From NCBI GenBank assembly GCA_030770535.1, contig JASVEC010000023.1:496001-560000 (forward strand): 64,000 nucleotides of DNA, in the 5' to 3' direction. The notes beneath the pieces are model-generated. The model was not told where the DNA came from and searched no databases. It was given only the letters and a program-made list of their open reading frames with translations. Shown here in pieces: positions 12,786-26,537 of the stretch (the first letter of the stretch is position 1; every line of letters begins with the position of its first letter). The position numbers and the translations under genes were made by a program. Origin of the DNA: Batkoa obscura (lineage: Eukaryota).

Positions 12786-13150
12786 AAATTTTTTATTAAA
12801 ATAAAAATACCCAGAAACAGTTCTAAGTTATTCTATTATAGTTTATAATCTAAGTTAGCTGAATTTCTACTAGATCTTAAACATATATTCTTATAAAACT
12901 TTATTGAGAAATATTTATTATTGACTGTTTTATAACCAACATTGTAGATTTGCTATCAAATAAATAAACTATTTTAATGTTACAATTACATTATTAATAT
13001 GTTGCCAAGTTAATAAATAGCTACATCGGAGAGAGTGGTTAGCCCCAAAGCTATAATTAACCATCCATATATAGTACAAATAATAATAGTTTTTACATAT
13101 TGTTACAGTTACTTATTCTTTGAGTATTTATTAACTTAACTATTAATAAC

Positions 13151-14849
13151 TTAAGTAATCTTAACATTTAATAATCTATTTCTATCATTTAAAAAACTAC
13201 TCACTTGCTTTGTAAATATCAAAACTTTTAGATTCTCTGTTATTTTCGTAAGATAAGCTGAGGTTGATCTTTTAATTTTTCTATTTTCTATAGACTCTAT
13301 AACTTTAATTGGGACTATATCGCTTTTTTTTTGATGTATCAGATACTGGATAACAATACAGTTTATTGTATGTTTAATAAATTGTAAATACTTCTTAATA
13401 CCTTGCATCTCTATTATTCTTTTTGTGTTTTTGTTTCTTTTATACTTTTAAATTATATCTGTTTTCCCATTATTAACAGTCGAGTTATTAATTTTGTTAT
13501 GCTTGCAAATAAAAGCCTCAAATCTTGAAATTAATTGATCGATATCTTCTATTTTACCTAACGCTTCAAAACTACTTTTCCATTTTGAAAGGTTTCCAAA
13601 ATGTCCATCAACTATACTTTTTCCATGATGCTCAGCAAGAAAATTAAGATTAACATTCAAACTACTATTTATTTTATGAATCTCTTTAAACATATAGTGT
13701 AGAAACTCTTGGGATCTAAAATGATTTCCTGTATCTGCCCATATATTAATTTTTGTAAACTTTTTAAATAGAAGCTCTGTAGAGATCAAATTGATTAAAC
13801 AATCTCCTGCATATGCTGAATCATGATTCAATATTTCAGATAAATAATCAAAGTAAACTTTGCCTATTGTTTTATCATCTTTTAAATATAATACACCAAA
13901 GCCTAATACTGATATAGCTTGTTTATTATAATGATCTAAATTTATTGAATCTGGTCTTGTTCCTATTTCCATATTTTGTTTAAAATCTAAAATTATTATA
14001 CAACTTTTATTATTTAATTTTTTAATAGTTTCATTAAATGTGTTTTTTTGAGTATTAACACAGAATTTATGTAATTTGTATAATTTTTCTTCTTCGTCGA
14101 AAATTTCTTCTATCTCTGCTTTGTTTTTTGCTGTATTTATTTTATTTTCAAATAACTTTTTTCTAACTGTATACTGGGTACACATATTACATAGATCCGT
14201 TTTTCTTGCTGGATTTTTGAAATTACTTGGTATATATTTAAAGAACGTTGACCTAGCTACTGCTTTATCTCTTAGATCATTCAAATATTTACTATATATC
14301 ATTCTTCTACTTTTACTTAATATATATATTATCTGATGAATATTTACTATCGTTATTTTTTTTATTAAATCTTGATGAAATAGTTGAATCATTTAGTAAA
14401 TATTGTATGATAGTTTCAATTTGGTCATCTTTAATTTTTTTTGTATTTTTAATAATAGGTTTTAATGTTGATATTTTATTATTATTACTTGTTTTTGAAT
14501 AATCATATTGATTTCTATTTATATTAAACCCAAAACTCTTACATTCATCAAAAGAATATGCTGAATCTATAGTTGATAACAATGCTACTTATTGATTTTT
14601 GTTTCCTGTTTCCCTCAAAGCACTAATTTTATACATTGCTTGATTAAGTTTATTGTTATCGATAGTAAACTTTGATAATATATCTTTTCTTTGTTTTGTT
14701 TTATTATAAAATTTCATAAACCCTAAATTGCTATAAGTAACTCTTAAAGTTGATGTAAATGAATTACAATATTTATATTGTTTACTTCTCTCTATTGTTT
14801 TAAAATTTTCAAAAACTCCATTCCGAAGTTTAGTTATGAAAGTTTACAT
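13151..14849 (-). pseudogene. Disrupted DDD transposase, Sola (Sola2-like) type
   Basis: Motifs TDLCNMC..LH, LDFKQN, WADTGNHFRS and FLAEHHGKSIVDGHFG match the Sola pattern DFxEN / SDxxxxQ(F/Y) / HGKxxxDG; frame broken by TAA stops and a frameshift near 14313-14392. Confidence 0.75.
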
Positions 14850-15124
14850 TTTATTTTTATTTCAATAAAAATAAAGTCAAATAACTCTATTTACATAATT
14901 ATATAGTTATATATTTAATATTTAATAAATATTTAACAGAAACATTATAAAACGTATAGTTATAAAAATTAACTATTTAAGAAAAAGAAACAATTAAAAT
15001 AAGTTTTAAATAAAGAAATTTAATTTTAAGCTTTCTAGATTTAACTGTTATGTCAAAGAGACAAATTTAAAACAAAATTTGAATTAATTTCTAAGTTCTG
15101 AAACCAATTTGGACAACTTCATAT

Positions 15125-15221
15125 GGAGATGTATTTTTATATTTAAGAATTATACTAACAGTTTTTCTGCTCAAATAATGCTTAAAAAAGGAAAAGTGAT
15201 GAAATCAAAAAGGACATTCCC
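15125..15221 (-). mobile_element. MITE family copy
   Basis: Flanks ATAT/ACAT. Confidence 0.85.
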
Positions 15222-16636
15222 ACATAGATAAAATGAATTCAAGATATGAGTTAGTTTAAAGCCAAGGTCCAATTTTTGTCTAATTTTGATTTTAGTAAAA
15301 ACTGTGAATTAAGTAAAATGTTACGAAAATGGTTGCTTTTTGTAATTTGATTCATATAGAAACGTTTTTTTTATTTAGTATTTTAATCTTTGAAACATTT
15401 TATACCATATAGATAGTGAACAAAAAAGAGAGGCTGACGAATTTATTTTTAATTTTAACCAGAATTTTAAACTTGCTTATATATTGAATATTAGAGTATA
15501 AAAATTTACTAGTGAGGATCTTAGCTTAAAGTAATGTTTAATCTGGGGTGCTTATTATAAAATTATTAAGTTAAATCAAACCTTAAAAAAATATTTTCGA
15601 GTAAATTAAACAAAAATTTACTTGTATGGTTTCAAGACCAAAAAGAGTATCTTCAGGGATTGCTTGATACACAGCCAAGCACCTCAGCTGTTAAACCACG
15701 AGTCCTTCTTTTATAGTTGATAGACATATTAAACTAAACATAAACTATTATTGTGATTATTGTTCTGTTTTACTATACTTTTTCAAATATTTCGTTAAGT
15801 GAGATATTTTTAAATTAATTTAGTTGTTACATTTATTAAATTTCAAAGTTTATATATAGAATAATGAAACTAATCATCTTTGGGCCACAACTCATCCCTC
15901 ACTAATGTATAAACACATTGGTACTGTTAAATAAAAGTCAATTTTTAAACAAGTTCTTTATCTACTATATCATTGGTATAGCTGTTGTATATTAAAACTT
16001 TACAGGTTTTTAATTTATGATTAGATTGTATTAAAAGTTTAAGAATTCAATTATAAAAAATTTAAATGATTGAAGTTTAAATACCAAATATTAATTTCAT
16101 TATTTTATCTTTCTAAAAACTATTTATATAATATTTGTATACAACATTCATATACAATAAATTATTTAGACAAGTTGACCAGAACACTATGATTTATTTA
16201 TAACCAGTTGAACTAAATGAAAGTGTCAATTATAATTAGCTAATTAACTTTGGAATTCCTTGATTAAATGGCAAACTAAAAGTACATTTTTTAAATAAAT
16301 AAAACATCAAATTTAATGATTGATAATCTGATAATAATATCAAAGTCCACTATTATGATATCTTAAATACAGTTGTTTTAAAAATAATGTATCATATTTA
16401 TTCTTTAGTTAACAAATTCATCGAAATCACCATAAAACTAAAATAGTACTACTATGAAAATATAAAGCAAACTTCACCTATTAGACAATAAAGTTTAATT
16501 GTTATCATAGTATTCAAGTAAGCACAAATATTATTAATTTAAGTATTTCAAGTTTAATTGATATTAAGATAAGCAAAATAAAAAACCAGATGAAAGTTAG
16601 TATAAGTAAATTTGCCTTTATTTATATATTGTGAAA

Positions 16637-17503
16637 TCAATTCATAATATGATAAGTTTGACATGTCGACTCACATTCTTGTATACTTTTAAAAGCTAAA
16701 CAGCCATCATCACAACCTCCAAAGTTTGCTTCTACACACTTGTTTTGAGTAGTATCAAAATGATAAGATGGAGTAGCACCACGACACATGCCTGATTGTG
16801 TTTTAATAAAGCACTTGTCATCCAATTTGTTCAAAGATTCAATCATAATTTTTGGTTTAGAAACACTACATTTCTTTTGTCCAAAAGGTTTCATGGACTG
16901 AGGTTCCTCTTTTATTGGTTGAATACTCATTCTCAAACATGAGCTTTCACATTCTTGTATACTTTTAAAAGCTAAACAGCCATCATCACAACCTCCAAAG
17001 TTTGCTTCTACACACTTGTTTTGAGTAGTATCAAAATGATAAGATGGAGTAGCACCACGACACATGCCTGGTTGTGTTTTGATAAAGCATTTATTATCTA
17101 ATTTACTCAAGAATCCGGTCATAATTTTTGGTTTAGAAACACTACATTTCTTTTGTCCAAAAGGTTTCATGGACTGAGGTTCCTCTTTTATTGGTTGAAT
17201 ACTCATTCTCAAACATGAGCTTTCACATTCTTGCATAGTCTTGAAAGCAAAACAACCATCATTACAGCCTCCAAAGGTCGATTGTACACATTTGTTTTGC
17301 TTTGGACTAAAATGATAAGAAGAGATATTAGCCATACAACGCCCGCTTTGACTTCTAATAAAACATTTTTCATTTAATCTGTAGGATTGAGACTTATAGC
17401 TCTTATGTACTTTACATCCATCCTGTTTAAAGCTCGTGAGGCTTTCACAATTGACAACAAAAAATAAAACTAACAAAGCTAAGCCAGTAACTATATTATT
17501 CAT
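16637..17503 (-). CDS. Secreted 3-domain Kunitz-type inhibitor (8-Cys variant)
   Basis: ATG at 17503 gives signal peptide MNNIVTGLALLVLFFVVNC; three Kunitz domains, P1 = M, R, R. Confidence 0.9.
   Translation of the reverse strand: MNNIVTGLALLVLFFVVNCESLTSFKQDGCKVHKSYKSQSYRLNEKCFIRSQSGRCMANISSYHFSPKQNKCVQSTFGGCNDGCFAFKTMQECESSCLRMSIQPIKEEPQSMKPFGQKKCSVSKPKIMTGFLSKLDNKCFIKTQPGMCRGATPSYHFDTTQNKCVEANFGGCDDGCLAFKSIQECESSCLRMSIQPIKEEPQSMKPFGQKKCSVSKPKIMIESLNKLDDKCFIKTQSGMCRGATPSYHFDTTQNKCVEANFGGCDDGCLAFKSIQECESTCQTYHIMN
16670..17232. repeat. Intragenic 276-bp tandem duplication (92 aa linker plus Kunitz domain)
   Basis: 'aaacactacatttcttttgtcc' at 16861 and 17137; domains 2 and 3 nearly identical. 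Confidence 0.9.
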
Positions 17504-20500
17504 TATGATCTTATTATTTATCAAAAAATATTTAAATTTATAAAGAAACCTTTTTTATTTATATTGTTTTTTCAGATCCTTTCGTTTACTTTTTTTATCA
17601 TTTTATTTACCTCTTAATGTATTGTGATTTTTATCACACTTGTTTATACTTTTTGCTCTTACCTTTCTTATAGAAGGTTATTACTAGTTTTGCTATTTTT
17701 ATCATAATAGCTCCGCTTATTTTGTATACTGTACTATTGTGTAATGTGTTTTATTTTCATCAAGTTTAGCAGTTAAGTTATATTTATGAGATAACTGTCT
17801 CCGTTAAATATTTATAATGATATAGTTATATTTTAGAAAGGGAAAAAATAAATGTATCAAATATATGTATAAATGGCTTAGATGATTAGATTGAATTTTG
17901 AATTTATAGAATGTTAAGTAGTCCAAGTTACAAAAAAATGTGACAAACTTTTAATGAATTAGATAGCTTTTTGTATTTATTTCGTATGAAATAAAATCCT
18001 ATTCTATATCTATTAAATGTAACAATTAATTATAAAGCCATCCTCTAATATATTAAAAATAAATCATAGTCAAATTGTTTTTAGTCTAAAAGCTGAATAT
18101 TTTATTCTACAAATTGAGATAACAATTTAACAATATAAATTAAAATAGTCTTTTTATATTAATATGTTTCTTTTAAATCTGTATCAGTAAATTAATTTAT
18201 TGCTGTGGCAATATTTTAAAAAAATAGTTTATATGACTATCAATTTTACAGAATTTAATCATTTATTTAATATGGCTTTACCTTTGTTAATGATAGTTAA
18301 TTAATATAATAAAAACAAGCTTTTTATTATATTAATACATCTTTTATAAAGTTCGTTAATTTTGTGTGATAAGTGAATTTTTAAGAAGGCTTGTGCAAGA
18401 TAATTGTAGCGATAACAATCTATTATTTAATGAATTATGTTATATAATAATTCCAATGTAGAACTATTTATTATATAATCTGATTTATTGTTTCTAGATA
18501 GTAAATCATAACTTTTGTTTACTACTAATAGTAATGCTATTATCGTTAATAATAGATGGAAGCACTTTTCCATAAGATAAATTTAAAAGCTTGGTTAGCT
18601 TTACAAGTTTTATATTATGACTTAAATTTGAACCTTGTGAATTCATATTAAAATACCACTAGTTGAATCTTAAACAAAAAACATTCATTTACAGTCTATT
18701 TTGATAGAGCAGCTTGAAGTTCAACGTCTTTCGTTGTTTCTCATTTGTGTTTAATTTTTTTTAACATGAATTTAAAGCTACAAAAAGAGCAGCAGTGCAT
18801 AAATTCATAATAATAAAATTTAGCCACAAATTAAAAGCAACAAAAGAAATCTTACTGCAAACTGTCCTAAATCAAAATTGAAAAATATTTGAGTTTAAAC
18901 TGGCCTATATTTAAAAATTATATAAAAATAGCTTTCTTGAATTGATATTTATTTTAAACTTATAACGTTTTTTGATAAAACTATTTTAAACCAATGTATT
19001 GTTTTTTGAGAATATAGAATATAAAGATAGAAGTTTTTTAATTTTTTACAAGGTTCAAGTGTTTTAGTAACTAAAATGAAATTTAAATAAAAAGAGGTTT
19101 AAGAGATTGAATCAAATGGACACTAGATAAATTATTTAATTGGTTTTAATCAAAGGGCCCCTCCCATCATTCATTTAAACACTAGACTTGAAAGCCGTCA
19201 AGAGATCTAATAGCGCGTTTTGGTTTAAATTATCATTCAACTTGTCAAAAAAGAGGAACCATCATAGGTTTAAGTTGGTATGAGAAAGAGGTTATTTATG
19301 ATTATATTTTTAGGTACATGATTTTTATTTTATAACAAGCATTAGTAATCGATAAACAAATTATTATAGGGAGCTTATTTGAATATTAAAGTTAATACAG
19401 AAAAACTATTCATTTTAAGTTTTTATGATTTAAAAAAATCACTTTAGACATTAAATTACTACTTCTATTTTACTATGCTAAAAAAAGTACTAAAACAATG
19501 TGAGCTTCACAGTGGTATATAATTCATTTATTTCAAAAAACTGATTTTTGTCTTTGAAGTCATTTTAAAGTTTATATTACTTCTTTTTTCATAAAATATT
19601 AAATTATATAAAGATCAAATAAAGCGCTTTAGGGGTATTTAATTTTCAAGATTTTTAAAAAATTCTCTAAATATATTTTACTTATCCATTTTTGAAAGAA
19701 GTAAAAAGATAATAGGGAGAGTATTAATTAAAACATCAACCCCTAATTTTTACTTGCTACTTATATTGGCACTAAAAAGCAATATTCAAATGCAAACATG
19801 TATTTTAATAAATTTATTATGATTTAATTTCATAATCCGTAATTCATTAATAATATATTTATTATATACTAAACAATAAATCCAATACTTTATATTTTCA
19901 AATAAATTACAAAGTAGTACCGAATACGATAGTTATTATATCATGTGTACATGTAATATAGAATTATGTAGATTTTGCTTCAACTTTATTATGAAAATTT
20001 ATAAAGTCAGCTATCTATTATAGTAAAGAAAGTTGAAATACCTCTATATTTCTCACAGAATAATAACTTATTTTTACTAATATTATATAAAATGGTTAAA
20101 TAACAAAAATAGATGTGGTATAATTTTTATTACTATTGATAGTAGTAAGTATCGCAATTTGTTATATTGAATTTTGAACATATTAAAAATTGAGAAATAA
20201 GGGAGGTTTAATATAAATATCTTTTGACTAGTTCCTTTCATTTTATTAATAAAAAAATAAATGACTGGTAATAGGGGATGATAAAATAAAAAGTAAAGAT
20301 TGGGAATTTTCTTAATTTAGTACTGATTTTAAGTATGACTAAATTAACTGATCGTATTTGAACATCTGATAATTATTAGGGGTTAAAAATATTTATATTT
20401 ATAATATCAAATCATTAAGTTTTATTTTTATTTTTTAAAATAAATAAATGAAATTTTTGGATTAAAGGGGGTGTATGAATTTATGACAGCTTATAGATAT

Positions 20501-20769
20501 TTTTAAAAATATTTAAATTCCATTAGTTTTGCTATAGATAGATACTATTAAACATAATCTCAATATCATCCAAGTGTAATAATAATTTAAGAATAATTTT
20601 AAAATGATTTGATAAATATCAATATACTTGTTTATACTTGTTTTATATTCATTATCAATTAATACTTTTTGGTCAGAAAAGTTTAAACTTTATTTAACAG
20701 TAAAGCTCATAGAAAGCATAAATTGCATAAACGTATTAGGAAAAAAATTTATTTAATTTAAATATTATA

Positions 20770-21799
20770 TTAGGACTGAATGAAATTATGTAGAATAGTC
20801 AAAACACGTGAGTTATAGGGAACTTGATCATGCTCTCCAAAATCACCATTGATATTACTTACATTATAGTTGAGAGCTTCAAGTTTTTTTGAAAAGTTAC
20901 TGCTTTGCTCAACATTTACTAAAGTATCATTAGTAGAATGAATTAATAAAACTTTGGGAGATAATTTAGATTTTGAAGGGCTATTAATACAATATTGAGG
21001 GGATGCTTTATCCCATGTTGACATAATTTCATCTTTTAATTTTATGTCTTCACCAAATGCCGGAGCAATGAAACCAGAAACATAGCCTAGATTTTCTTTT
21101 GCTAGTAATTTTAGATCAAATATACCATCGATTAAAACGACTCCTTTGATATTTTGAATTTTAGCTAAACTTTTGTTATCAAAGTTATCATTTAAAATAT
21201 ATTCATTAGTATTGAATGCAATCAAAGAAGAAATATGAGCACCAGCACAATGTCCCCCAATATAAACGTTTTTATCATTAAATCCATATTTAACTATAGT
21301 TGAAGTAACATTGAGAAATCCTTTTAAAGAATCCTTAACATGAATTGGGTGCTTTATATTACTTTTTTCGGCTTTTTTACTTAAAGGATAGTGGACCAAA
21401 GCAGTAACAATACCATATCTACTTGCTAAATTGGCTGCCATGTTAATACTTGAGTCTATATCTTTAGATACCCAAGCACCACTATAATACCACACAACTA
21501 CAGGGGAGTTGGTTCGTCTTTCATTTGGAAGTATTAAATCAAAGTAATTGTTTTCATTCAAATCACTGTACAATATTTTTTCTTGGATGTGTATGTTATC
21601 TGGAAGGGGTCTTGTTATAAACATTAATATTGGTATTGTATAAAAATATGTTATACTTACATTTTCTCTCTTGGCGTGACCCTTTTGTTAATTGCATTCT
21701 AAATAAAGATCAATATGTTAATCATATAGAAAGATAAAAACGTACTGCATATGTTGTAAGGGATAATAGAATAAATAAGTTGAAGAAGATTGATGGCAT
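20770..21799 (-). CDS. Secreted alpha/beta hydrolase (kynurenine formamidase/carboxylesterase-like) with GHCAG nucleophile elbow; two predicted 5' introns
   Basis: PVVVWYYSGAW, YIGGHCAGAH, LIHSTNDTLV and GEHD motifs; upstream exons splice in frame to MPSIFFNLFILLSLTTYANAINKRVTPREKIPLPDN. Confidence 0.8.
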
Positions 21800-22341
21800 T
21801 ATTATAAATACTTTGAAAAATAAGCAAAACGAGTTATATTTATACTCTTTTTGTAGGAATGTATTCAATAGCTAAAGTATCTTAAGAATGATTTAAATTT
21901 TGGTAATTGGGTAACTATGAGAATACAAGTAATAAAATACATTAAATGATACTTTTGTAGGGTAAATACACCAAATTATTGGTATAATGATTTATTAATA
22001 AATGGTTGTTTTTACTGTTTATTTGAATAGAGGATAAAAAACGAATGATCGTTTTTAATTCCATCATTTTAAAATACCATATAAATACATTACATTTTAT
22101 CATTCAAAAGTGCCAACTAGATTTATCAGGATTATGTTGAGATCCATCCTTTATTTTTTTCTCTCATGAAAATGTCATGCACATTTACATAATGAGCAGA
22201 ACACAAGGCCATAAAACTTTGTTAAGGGCACTTTTTATGGTGGGTAATTACGGAACAAGTTAAATGTAAAAGCAGTCAAATCTTCTAATGTCTTTTTATT
22301 TTAAGAAGTCTTACATATAAGTAAAATTTAAATAAACACAT

Positions 22342-22438
22342 GGGGGCGTTTTTTTTAGCTTTATTGCTTCTCCATCTTTTAAGTGCTATTTGAATGGAAA
22401 AATTGTTGTTGAAATTCTTAAACAAAAAATACATCCCC
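22342..22438 (+). mobile_element. MITE family copy
   Basis: Flanks ACAT/ATAT. Confidence 0.88.
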
Positions 22439-24538
22439 ATATATTAGATTATCCATGTTATTAATATTTGTCTTTCTTTAATACATCATTTTTCGATTTT
22501 TGACTTTTTGATAAGTGTTATTCAGGAAAATCGACCCATTTGGGTCAATGCTAAAATCAATAAAAATATATTAAAAAGCTGTCGTTTTAATTTCGTCTTT
22601 TTATATTATAATTTTGAGCCTCCTAATACCGAAATATAAGTTTGATAATAATATTAATAAGTATTTTTGTAAAATTAACTCATGAACTTGGTGATATTAT
22701 AAATTTTTAACCGACCTAAAAAAAGCAATTAAAACTGCTTTATGTTATTTAGCCATATATTAAGGGCTAAAAAAATAAAGAAAATAAAATAAGACATTAG
22801 GTATTTTATCTTATATTTTATATTTTATATTGTTTGATAATATATTCATCAAGCTATAATAAAGTCAATTGCTTTTAAACTTAACTATATATTTATCAAC
22901 TAAATAATATCAAATAGTTTTAATTAACGCTTTTGGGTCGACTTTAGAAACACTTGCTAATAAATTCAAAGCTCAAAAGGTTTGTTTTTTTGAAGTAAAA
23001 ATCTATAGCACATAAAGTAGAGAAAAATCAAATAACGATTAACTTCTAAGATTTGTAAATAGTCCATTTATTATGTTTGTATAGCTTTAGACTCGTAAAA
23101 AATGATCATTTTCATAAAACCATAAATTTTATTTTACTAAACATATTTAGTTGACAAGAAATTTATTTTTATTTTTTGTACATATACTTTTATTTTCAAC
23201 ACTTTTTATACACTGTTATGAAATCGATTCCTAATTTGAATAGCATAAATTAACAGAAGTACATAATTAACAAAACTCGTAAAGTAAAATATACAATCAA
23301 AGTTACTGCTAAGCTAAAACTAAGATTGTTTAAAAAAATCTAATCTATCGATATAGGTAATCTTAAATACACTTGTATTACAAAGCCTTAAAAGTTACAA
23401 ATAACATTAAATCTGGGTTTTAGTTCAATATTTTTACTGTTAGATTTTATAATAAATTGCTTAATTTTTTTACATTTTTTAATTTATACATTATCACATT
23501 ATCAGCTTTATATTTGATAGTTTGAATCTTTATTACCGCCAAAGGATTCAAAAAATAGTTTGTAACTTTATCTCATTGTACAATACCTATTATAAGTTTT
23601 TAACATCTCCTTACAATGAAAAAGGTATAGTTTACCGTTTATTTCCCCATCTCTTTATCAACTTTTCATCAAATAAAAGCCTCGGTCCTAAGCTTTCCAT
23701 AGTATTTTAGAAATGTGTTCGTACAACATTCATTCTCTTTAACACTATGGCTAATTTACATTCAATCTGGCTAAATGTCTCTACCCCTCATCTCTACGCG
23801 CTTCCTTTTCCTGTAGAATTTCTTGTGTTTTTGCGCTCCACTTTTAACACCATATATGGTTTTCCTTGAATTATCCCTTCTACCCAGTTGGTTTTTCTCG
23901 TATCCTCCACTTACTATCTGGTTTGACCTCTCTAACAGATACTCTTATCTTTGCTTCTGGGCTGTGGGGTTTACACAAAAGTTTGGCTCCATTCTAATTT
24001 AGCACACTAAGGGGATTTTCATTTCCTTTCAGTACCACATCTTTTACCAGTCAATTTCAAGCTCTCTGGAGATTCAAAATAAAGTTGATCTCATTTTCCA
24101 TTATACATCCACCAAGAGTAGCAAGGTATTGGACTTTGTTTATTTGGCTCCAGTTAGACTCGCATGAATGACTCAGTCCTTTAAGCCCATTGAATTTAAC
24201 ATTTAATGCTTTAAGTAAAGCAAAAAATTGTAGACTAACACTATATAAAACAAGCAGCTTATACTTCTATTACTTAGAAGTGTAAAACTTTTGAAGATTA
24301 CGTGCTTACATTTTGGCTTTAAATTATATTAAAATTATTAGACTATTATTTGGTTTGTAATTTTTAACTATTATAATTGAAAAATGATAAAAATATTTTA
24401 ATAAACCATATAATATACAAATAAAACCAATCCATAAATTTATGATTATAGATTAATACTATTTGCAAATTAAATCTGTCACATCATATAATACAATATA
24501 CTTGAAAATTATAATTTAATACTAAATTAGTAGTGTAT

Positions 24539-24636
24539 GAGGGTGTTTTTTTTGATTTCATTACTTTTCCATTTTTTAAGTGTTATTTGAGTGGAAAGGT
24601 TGTTAGTAAAATTCTTAAACAAGAAAATATATCTCT
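24539..24636 (+). mobile_element. MITE family copy
   Basis: TSD GTAT/GTAT. Confidence 0.88.
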
Positions 24637-24979
24637 GTATCCTAATTAAATAAATTAAAAAATTAAAATTTTATTATTTCTATTAGTTTACATTTACTAA
24701 AAGTTATTGTTCTTTCTAAAAAACATAATAATAAAAAAAAGCTTTATATACAGTTATCTATTAACATTATTTTAATTTTATCAAGTTGATGATCTATAAT
24801 TCACTTATAACTTTATACTTTTTTATATAACTTTACATCTTTAGTAATTTAATATATTAAGAATACGATGTTATCTTATGAAAAATTTGGTACGACTCTA
24901 GTAAAGGACGTGATTCTTAATTATAATTATACTGGTATAAATCGTAAAGTAAACATTTTTCTCAAAGGGCTTTTACTTT

Positions 24980-26288
24980 TTCAAACTAAATTTTAAAAGG
25001 GGAGCAACTTTATACAACAATGTGGCATCGCGGGAAAGGTATATACCATTAATAACCCCAAAATATTCCATATATCCAAACCTTTTTTATATTGAAGACT
25101 CTAATTAAAAGAATACAACGGTTGGCTTCTTTTTTGGCAAACTAGGCTCATCTGTAAAAATAAATTAGCTTGATATTGATAAAGACGGACGGTATGATAA
25201 ACATTTGGTTAAAGAGATATCTTATCAGCCAGAGATAGGAAGCTTTATGGATTACTCTAAAAAATATACAATTGTACATGGTGAGCGCAATGTAAAATAG
25301 TTCTACTTATCTGAGTTTTTTCATAATTTCTGATTAGATAAAGGTATAAATTATTAAATAAAGTTATTTGATATTGAATCAAAGGAAACCAAAACAATCT
25401 GTGAAGCACCAAGTAAAATGAAGACTGAGCTATCATTTATTTCAAATAATAGGTTATATTACTTTAAAGTCTCAATAGAAAGTATTCTAATAGGCGTCAA
25501 TTGTAGTATATTACATGAATTGGATTTATCGTCATTTGAGCTAGCTTCTCATGAAATTCCTCATAAAAGTTTTGGGGAATTCGACTTATAAAATTTAACC
25601 AATCAATCCATTTTTTGGGATCTGATTTATAGAGGACAACTCAATCAAAGTGTTTGAATTAAAAACAACTATTTTCATTTACTAAAGTAGATAAGGTTGT
25701 TAGAATAAGTGCTTGGGGCTGCTTTGTTAATTATGATAATTATGTAATAAATTCATTCAATAATGAATTTTCTCAATCTTCAGATAGGCTAGGGTGGGTT
25801 CCCAAAAGTTCAGATAAAACACAAACATTAGACACACAAACTTGGCAAGATATTGAAAGTTTACCTTCGTTATTAAAAGAAAGTAGTGATATCAATAGCA
25901 ATACAAATGATTCCACCGATAATAGTAACCTTAGAGCTATAGTTACTGGCACTATAGGAGGAATAATTGGACTTATAGTTTTATCGGGTATATTTTTAAT
26001 GTTCTATAGACATAAATTGAAAAAAGAAAAGCTTTCAAGTATCATTATTGGCCCTATTTTTATCAACCCAAGCATTCATTTAGATAGCAACGACAGCAAT
26101 ATCAGTGCCATTTTTTCCTATCCTCATAAAACGATGATAACAATACCGGATTAACTGGGAGTTTATACTTGAATCAAATAGGAAACATGAACATGATTAA
26201 TCAAGAGAATTGCTCAATCAATGAAACTGTCCTTGGTCATTCTTCAGAATCTAGAGAATATCATACAAGAATACCATCAATTATATAG
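24980..26288 (+). pseudogene. Pseudogene paralog of the Kelch-like type I membrane protein at 48742-50136
   Basis: FKLNFKRGATLYNNVASRERY vs LKLDFKKGVALYNNVVSWERY; SSDKTQTLDTQTWQDIESLP; TM GGIIGLIVLSGIFLMFY; multiple stops and frameshifts; no signal peptide seen. Confidence 0.85.
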
Positions 26289-26438
26289 TTATTCGCTATT
26301 ATAAAGAGTAGGATAAAAGCTACACAAAATATTAATAGGAATTTTCATCTATTTTATCTAATAACAAAAAAATAATGACTATATAACCAATAAGGAAAAT
26401 AAGTGCCGATTTTTAATAAAACCAAATTTTCAATATAT

Positions 26439-26537
26439 GGGGGTGTTTTTTTTGGCCTCATTACTTTTTCTATCTTTTAAGCGTTATTTAAGTGGAAAAA
26501 CTATCACTGAAATTCTTAAATATAAAAATGCATCCCC
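26439..26537 (+). mobile_element. MITE family copy
   Basis: TSD ATAT/ATAT. Confidence 0.88.

Larger units (their letters stand above)
12604..15120 (-). mobile_element. Decayed Sola-like DNA transposon; boundaries tentative
   Basis: Contains the disrupted DDD transposase; imperfect inverted ends agggatgtctgaattagtttca (12604-12625) vs reverse complement of tgaaaccaatttggacaacttc (15099-15120), 15/22 matches. Confidence 0.5.

Noticed and set aside
12693..15221. Two inverted MITE copies flanking the transposase as a composite transposon or as its TIRs
   Set aside because: The left copy has its own AAAT/AAAT TSD and the right has ATAT/ACAT, so they are independent insertions; at this density flanking is expected by chance
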